From a virus: 64,000 nucleotides of DNA. The DNA lies in the IMG/VR virus record IMGVR_UViG_3300022752_000024, positions 64,001-128,000 of that record; one strand, written 5' to 3'. The notes under the pieces are model-generated. The model was given only the letters and a program-made list of their open reading frames with translations. It ran no database searches and had not been told where the DNA came from. Shown here piece after piece: positions 58,941 to 64,000 of this stretch. Both the position numbers and the translations under genes were made by a program. Numbering within the stretch: position 1 is the first letter of the stretch; every line of letters begins with the position of its first letter.

Positions 58941-59930
58941 TTAGTGTGCCCAGACATCACCCCAATCTCCAGATAAAGCACCTTTTGCATAATCAGTTGC
59001 TCTATTCTCAAAGAAATTAGTATGTGTTGGTGCATTAATCATTTCTTCAACCCATGGTAGTGGATTACGTTTTACTTTATTGATACCTTTAAGACCAAGG
59101 CTAATGAGCCTACGATCAGCAATATAGCGGATATACTGTTTAACGTCAGCAGAATCAAGTCCTTCCATTTGTCCCATGCTAAACGCAAGGTCAATAAATT
59201 TATCTTCAAGTTCTACCATTCTTTCTGCAATAGTATAAATTTTTGATTTTAATTCATCATTCCAAATTTCTTTATTTTCTTCTATATATGTCCTGAATAA
59301 TTTAATCATAGATTCAGCATGTTGAGTTTCATCTACAATCGACCAAGTAACGATCTGTCCCATACCTTTCATTTTACCTTGGCGTGGAAAATTAAGTAAC
59401 ATGATAAAAGAACTGAATAGTTGCATTCCTTCGGTGAAAGCAGAGAATACTGCAATGTGAGTAGCAGTAGAAGTCTTATCTTCATCCTGTGTGCTAATAT
59501 CAAGAACATAGTTATGCTTTTCTCGCATAGCCTCATATTCTAAAAATTCATTGTACGTAGTTTCGGGTAAACCTAAAGTTTCAATGAGATGTGAATATGC
59601 TGCAATGTGTAATGCTTCTCTTGCAGCAAAACCCATCAACATCATTCTAATTTCAGGTTGAGGAAAATACGGTAGATAATTCTTTACGTATCCACCAGCA
59701 ACATCAATATCTCCTTGTGTGAAGAAACGAAAGATGTGTGTTAAAAAATTCTTTTCGGAATCAGTAAGTTTTTTCTTCCAATCTTTAACGTCTTCGAGCA
59801 TTGGAACTTCAGTATGAAGCCAATGTGATTGTTCATGTTTTAGCCACGAATCATATGCCCATGGATAGTTGAATGGTTTAAAATATTCTCTTCCTTCATT
59901 TAACTTCTGTTGCGGTATTTTTTTTATCAT
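58941..59930 (-). CDS. nrdB: Ribonucleotide reductase class Ia beta subunit
   Basis: FFTQGD, EALHIAAY, EGMQLFSSF, DETQH, NFFE. Confidence 0.96.
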   Translation of the reverse strand: MIKKIPQQKLNEGREYFKPFNYPWAYDSWLKHEQSHWLHTEVPMLEDVKDWKKKLTDSEKNFLTHIFRFFTQGDIDVAGGYVKNYLPYFPQPEIRMMLMGFAAREALHIAAYSHLIETLGLPETTYNEFLEYEAMREKHNYVLDISTQDEDKTSTATHIAVFSAFTEGMQLFSSFIMLLNFPRQGKMKGMGQIVTWSIVDETQHAESMIKLFRTYIEENKEIWNDELKSKIYTIAERMVELEDKFIDLAFSMGQMEGLDSADVKQYIRYIADRRLISLGLKGINKVKRNPLPWVEEMINAPTHTNFFENRATDYAKGALSGDWGDVWAH

Positions 59931-60060
59931 TCTCGTCTTCTTTCGTTTGTTGTTTTTTTCTTTCGATTGGCGGTGGAAAATATGGTTCTATTACATAATG
60001 ATTAGCACCCCACCATCCGAATGCACTAAAAAATCCATACAATAATAACTCCAATACCAT
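59896..60060 (-). CDS. Small membrane protein (54 aa, not in ORF track)
   Basis: MVLELLLYGFFSAFGWWGANHYVIEPYFPPP..; GGAG RBS. Confidence 0.55.
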   Translation of the reverse strand: MVLELLLYGFFSAFGWWGANHYVIEPYFPPPIERKKQQTKEDENDKKNTATEVK

Positions 60061-60061
60061 T

Positions 60062-60706
60062 TTATTTCTCCATCAATCTATCAACGAATTCAAGCAATAA
60101 TCTATGATGCCTTCCGTCATGATATTTACCTTTCATCCAACTATATGATTCGAACCAATGAGGTTCACTTTCTAAATGGCAGGCAATTAATCCTATATTG
60201 TTTTGTATGATAGCCATTGGGTCACCATTCGCATATCTTGCTACTGTTTCAAAGTGTTCTTCACTTCCTGCAACTGCAAATCCATCATAAAAGTAGATTC
60301 TTTCCTGTTGATTGTTCCACTCAACTTCCATGTGTTTTGCGTGAGGTCGTCTTGTGTCTGTGTTTGGTCGTTTGATGTACTGGGTAATGGTAACATCATC
60401 AGATAGAATCCCAAGATAATAGTCAGAGGCCCAATAACCGCCCATACAGATTCCGAGATACTTACCACCGTCTTGTACAAATCTACGTATTCTATCGCCA
60501 TTATGGGCAAAACACATATCAAACTTACTAGCATCACCAATGCCACCTGGGATGCATACCATATCAACGTTATCAAAAAAATCTTCTTCGAGTTCATGTT
60601 TTGTAAAAATTTTAAATCTATAATTTGGAGTTAGAGCATTGAGTATACCATTTCCAGATTGCACGGAGCAATAAGGTTGGTGCATAAACATTGCAATCGT
60701 TTTCAT
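60062..60706 (-). CDS. BPL-N / class I glutamine amidotransferase-like protein
   Basis: CIPGG, GGKYLGICMGGY nucleophile elbow, CHLE. Confidence 0.8.
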   Translation of the reverse strand: MKTIAMFMHQPYCSVQSGNGILNALTPNYRFKIFTKHELEEDFFDNVDMVCIPGGIGDASKFDMCFAHNGDRIRRFVQDGGKYLGICMGGYWASDYYLGILSDDVTITQYIKRPNTDTRRPHAKHMEVEWNNQQERIYFYDGFAVAGSEEHFETVARYANGDPMAIIQNNIGLIACHLESEPHWFESYSWMKGKYHDGRHHRLLLEFVDRLMEK

Positions 60707-60707
60707 A

Positions 60708-62510
60708 TCACCCTTCACATGCTATACAATCATTACCTTGTGCGATTTGTGTCATATCTAATTCTTTAATTACTTGTCTTTCAATACGTTTTGATACTTT
60801 ATCTGCTTTACCAATTTTCTCTGAACGGCAGTAATATAATGTCTTTAATCCTTTTTTCCATGCCATGAAATGAATAGCATGGATGTACTTAATGTGTACA
60901 TCCGGTCTAAAAAATAAATTTAACGATTGTGCTTGGTCAATGTATTGCTGTCTATCTGCTGCTAAATCGATGACCCATCGTTGGTCAATTTCCATACTTG
61001 TTTTGAATACTGCCTTTTCATTTTCATCTAAAATATTTAAGTGTTGTACTGAACCATCGTTAGCAATAATGCTTGACCAAACATCATTATAATCTTCTGT
61101 AGCAATCGCACCAGATTCATCAGCTAATTTACTTTCAATCAGTTTATTCAACCATTTGTTTTTGTTTAGGTGTGATCCCGAGAGCGTATCTTGTCTATAA
61201 GCATTAGCACGATAAGGCTCAACGCTAGGAGAAGTGTTACCCATAATAATACTGGATGATGCGTTTGGTGCAATAGCCATAAGGTGGCTGAAACGGCGGC
61301 CATATCCCACAGCATCGGGTGCTTCACCACGTTCTTTACCAAGTTCCAAATTCGCTTCATCTAATCCCTCTCTAATATGTTTGAAGATTCTGTTATTGGC
61401 AACTTTTGCCATGACACCTTCAAAAGCAATACCATTGCGTTGTAAGTAAGCGTGAAAACCGAGAGCACCAACACCAATACTACGCTCACGGGATGCAGAA
61501 TATTTTGCACGGCTGATTGTGTCAGGAGCGTTATCAATAAAATACTGTAACACATTATCAAGCATCTCAGCAACGTCTTTGAGGAATAATTTATCATTTT
61601 TCCATTCATCATAAGTCTCCAAATTCAATGACGATAAACAACATACGGCGGTTCGTTCTTCGTTTGTGGGTAATATAATTTCACTGCAAAGATTTGATTG
61701 ATGTACTTTCAAACCTTTATCTTTTAGCCATTCGGGAAGCATTCTATTACTTGTATCAATAAAATGAATATATGGTTCACCAGTATGCATACGCAATTCT
61801 AAAATCATCTGCCACAACATTCTTGCAGACACTACTTCTCTCACTTCTCCGGAATGTGGGTCTTTTAATTCCCACTCATCACTTGCACTTGGATCCAACA
61901 TACAGTTTTCAATGATACTCATGAAGTCATCTGTAATGTTAATACCGTGATGTAAATTCAGGCAACGCACATTTTGGTCACCTGTCGGTTTTCTCATCTC
62001 AAGGAAGGAAATAACATCAGGATGACTAATATCAAGATAGGCAGCATAAGAACCACGACGAGTGCGACCTTGACGATATGCCAAACTAGACGAATCGTAA
62101 ATCTTGAGGTGAGGCATAACGCCAGTAGATTTGTCATCCGCCGAACGAATACCAAAACCAATCCCAACACCGCCACCAAGCATACTAAGCCAATTAGTTT
62201 CACTAAGATTATCAACTAGTCCCTCCGCTGTGTCTTCAATATAATTAAGGAAGCAACTAATAGGCATACCTCTCTTACTACGACCAAAAGAAAGAATAGG
62301 GGTAGAATAAGAAAGCCAATGCTTAGAGCTATATTCGTAAAGACGCTGTGAATGCTCGATATTACTTCCAAATGCTTTAGATACAAATGCAAATCGTTGT
62401 TGAGGCGATTCTTCATCCTCTCGCATATATGACTCTTTTAGCCGTTTGATTCCAAGCTCATCAAATAATTTATCTCTTTCTAAGTCTATCTTAATTCCTA
62501 AATATTCCAT
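60708..62510 (-). CDS. nrdA: Ribonucleotide reductase class Ia alpha subunit
   Basis: PISCF, QGRTRRG, SNLCSEI, AIAPNASSS, LKTLYY, C-terminal CIACEG. Confidence 0.96.
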   Translation of the reverse strand: MEYLGIKIDLERDKLFDELGIKRLKESYMREDEESPQQRFAFVSKAFGSNIEHSQRLYEYSSKHWLSYSTPILSFGRSKRGMPISCFLNYIEDTAEGLVDNLSETNWLSMLGGGVGIGFGIRSADDKSTGVMPHLKIYDSSSLAYRQGRTRRGSYAAYLDISHPDVISFLEMRKPTGDQNVRCLNLHHGINITDDFMSIIENCMLDPSASDEWELKDPHSGEVREVVSARMLWQMILELRMHTGEPYIHFIDTSNRMLPEWLKDKGLKVHQSNLCSEIILPTNEERTAVCCLSSLNLETYDEWKNDKLFLKDVAEMLDNVLQYFIDNAPDTISRAKYSASRERSIGVGALGFHAYLQRNGIAFEGVMAKVANNRIFKHIREGLDEANLELGKERGEAPDAVGYGRRFSHLMAIAPNASSSIIMGNTSPSVEPYRANAYRQDTLSGSHLNKNKWLNKLIESKLADESGAIATEDYNDVWSSIIANDGSVQHLNILDENEKAVFKTSMEIDQRWVIDLAADRQQYIDQAQSLNLFFRPDVHIKYIHAIHFMAWKKGLKTLYYCRSEKIGKADKVSKRIERQVIKELDMTQIAQGNDCIACEG

Positions 62511-62526
62511 ATTTACCTTATTGTTA

Positions 62527-63174
62527 TTATATTGTCCATACAAATTCTTCTATCATAGGGAAGATAGGTCTAATTGCTTCTGCACATGCTAAAGCTATTT
62601 CTTGATGTTCCTTCTGTGTACCATTTGCACTCCTGAGTTGTATATAGTGAACCCAAGAACGCAAATTTCCGTTCATATACAGGCGAGAAGGGGTCATACC
62701 CTCAGGTAATACTACTCTTGCTTGTTCTTTAGCAACCCCGTTTTTTATTGCCCAGTCATAGGCTTGCTGCACTTTAAATGCTACTGCTTCTTGTTGTTCT
62801 TTCCATCTTTGTTTGATATACTCATCACCAGTTTCAATACTGTTTTGACGATTCTTATTGTCCTGCAATCTTGCTTCACGGTATTCAAATTCATTTTCCA
62901 CTACCGCATATCGTTGGCTAAATTCTTGAAAAGAAAAAGACCTATGACGCAATATTTGCCTTGCTATATCTCTTGTTGTATTAATTTCTAAACACACATT
63001 CACCATTTCTAAAGGTGACCAATGTTGATGTTTAACTAGATAACGAACCAGTTTTTCTGCTGTTTCATTATTATTTTGATTTGCCGGATTAGACACTCTA
63101 GCGGCATATGCTACCTGTTCTAGTAAGTTTTTTCCGTCTGTTGTCTGAGAATAATTAATTAATTCAACTTTCAT
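62527..63174 (-). CDS. thyX: Flavin-dependent thymidylate synthase
   Basis: HWSPLE, RHRSFSFQEFSQRY, ARVVLP, NLRSWVHYIQLR. Confidence 0.95.
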   Translation of the reverse strand: MKVELINYSQTTDGKNLLEQVAYAARVSNPANQNNNETAEKLVRYLVKHQHWSPLEMVNVCLEINTTRDIARQILRHRSFSFQEFSQRYAVVENEFEYREARLQDNKNRQNSIETGDEYIKQRWKEQQEAVAFKVQQAYDWAIKNGVAKEQARVVLPEGMTPSRLYMNGNLRSWVHYIQLRSANGTQKEHQEIALACAEAIRPIFPMIEEFVWTI

Positions 63175-63637
63175 TACCATAGCTCCATATTTCCTTTTTA
63201 TATTCATCTGACCAATGATCATAATATGATGAGTTTTTTAATGCATTTCTAGCATTAATTAATTTATCTTTAGGCTGTGCAATGATAACTGGATACTGTT
63301 CATTACCGGTACGAATACCATTAATGTAACCAGGATCGTCAGGATGATCCTTGAGAAAGATAATATTGTTAAAATTTTTATTCAAGTTATTAATTATAAC
63401 AACACAATCATCATTTGTCAAATTACCAATACTATTTAAAAATAATACTACTTCATAGTCACCAACAAAGCTTTCCATGTAGCGTGATATGAAGTCTTCT
63501 GGTTCATAAGAAATATATGATATGAAGATTTTATTATCAAGTAAAGCTTTTTTTGCATATGGACATATAGCAAAACCATCAAGCTCACTTCTTTTTTTGG
63601 ATATATGGTTAATCCAATTAATTATATTTTCTTCCAT
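63164..63637 (-). CDS. Conserved hypothetical protein
   Basis: ICPYAKKA, KDHPDDP, YYDHW. Confidence 0.7.
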   Translation of the reverse strand: MEENIINWINHISKKRSELDGFAICPYAKKALLDNKIFISYISYEPEDFISRYMESFVGDYEVVLFLNSIGNLTNDDCVVIINNLNKNFNNIIFLKDHPDDPGYINGIRTGNEQYPVIIAQPKDKLINARNALKNSSYYDHWSDEYKKEIWSYGNES

Positions 63638-64000
63638 GATGTAAACTCAAGGTTCGCTCTTAAATTACAGAAAGTAAATTTATCTATAAGATCCAATATT
63701 TCATCAGGTGAAATTCCTGCTAAAATCATCTCATTTATATCTTTTTGCTTGATGTTTTCCGGCAGTAATGTTACATTATATCCAGAAGTGATTGCTTTAC
63801 CAATTTGTTTTACAATATCTTTATTTCTTGGTTCATTATCATACACTAAAACAAAATCAGTTAGTTCTAACTTCGCTGCTCTTGTAAGATCAGAATCGGC
63901 AGTCGCAATTGCATTTGGTAAAAACAACGAATCGATTGGACCTTCAACTACATAAACTTTTTTATTTTTGTCAACTCTATTTAATCCATAAAACTTTGGT
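63622..64000 (-). CDS. gp61: DNA primase, C-terminal part (start beyond window)
   Basis: TOPRIM VYVVEGPIDSLFL..VYDNEPRN..KDINEM. Confidence 0.9.
   Translation of the reverse strand, partial: PKFYGLNRVDKNKKVYVVEGPIDSLFLPNAIATADSDLTRAAKLELTDFVLVYDNEPRNKDIVKQIGKAITSGYNVTLLPENIKQKDINEMILAGISPDEILDLIDKFTFCNLRANLEFTSWKKI

Noticed and set aside
58317-63174. Introns, inteins or a mobile homing endonuclease around nrdA, nrdB and thyX
   Set aside because: All three frames are continuous and of normal length; the GIY-YIG ORF is short and free-standing, with no evident DNA-binding extension.
1-64000. Stop-codon reassignment
   Set aside because: Core genes translate full length in the standard code, and TAA, TAG and TGA are all used as stops.

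Overview
64 kb from an AT-rich, T4-like (T4 superfamily) myovirus, most similar in gene order to freshwater or marine T4-like phages. The host is probably a proteobacterium, and the PqqA sequence suggests a betaproteobacterium (inference). 1-28 kb is the tail/baseplate module: a repeat-rich fibre cut by the window edge, a DUF4815/VrlC-like giant protein, gp8, gp7, gp6, gp25, gp5, hub, gp53, gp48, gp4, gp2, gp54, gp26, gp51 and two tape-measure-like proteins. 28-31 kb holds gp32, gp59, gp33 and a SleB-type hydrolase. At 31 kb are two features absent from the ORF track: a 24-aa PqqA (PQQ precursor peptide) gene and a circularly permuted two-piece tmRNA with tag ANDAYFGDERLAA. 31.5-42.5 kb holds auxiliary genes (exonuclease, PhoH, LpxH-like phosphoesterase, DenV-like, PurD-like ATP-grasp, CobS/MoxR ATPase). 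43-50 kb is an early-gene island of ten related sigma70 promoter-leader cassettes with duplicated small genes and a promoter-fronted, hairpin-dense non-coding stretch. 52-64 kb holds a VWA/peptidase, AbrB-like protein, methyltransferase, RNase H, GIY-YIG nuclease, nrdB, nrdA, thyX and part of the primase. A T-TTT-TTC slippery site would fuse gp26 to gp51 by -1 frameshifting. All family calls come from recalled motifs and synteny; no database searches were run.
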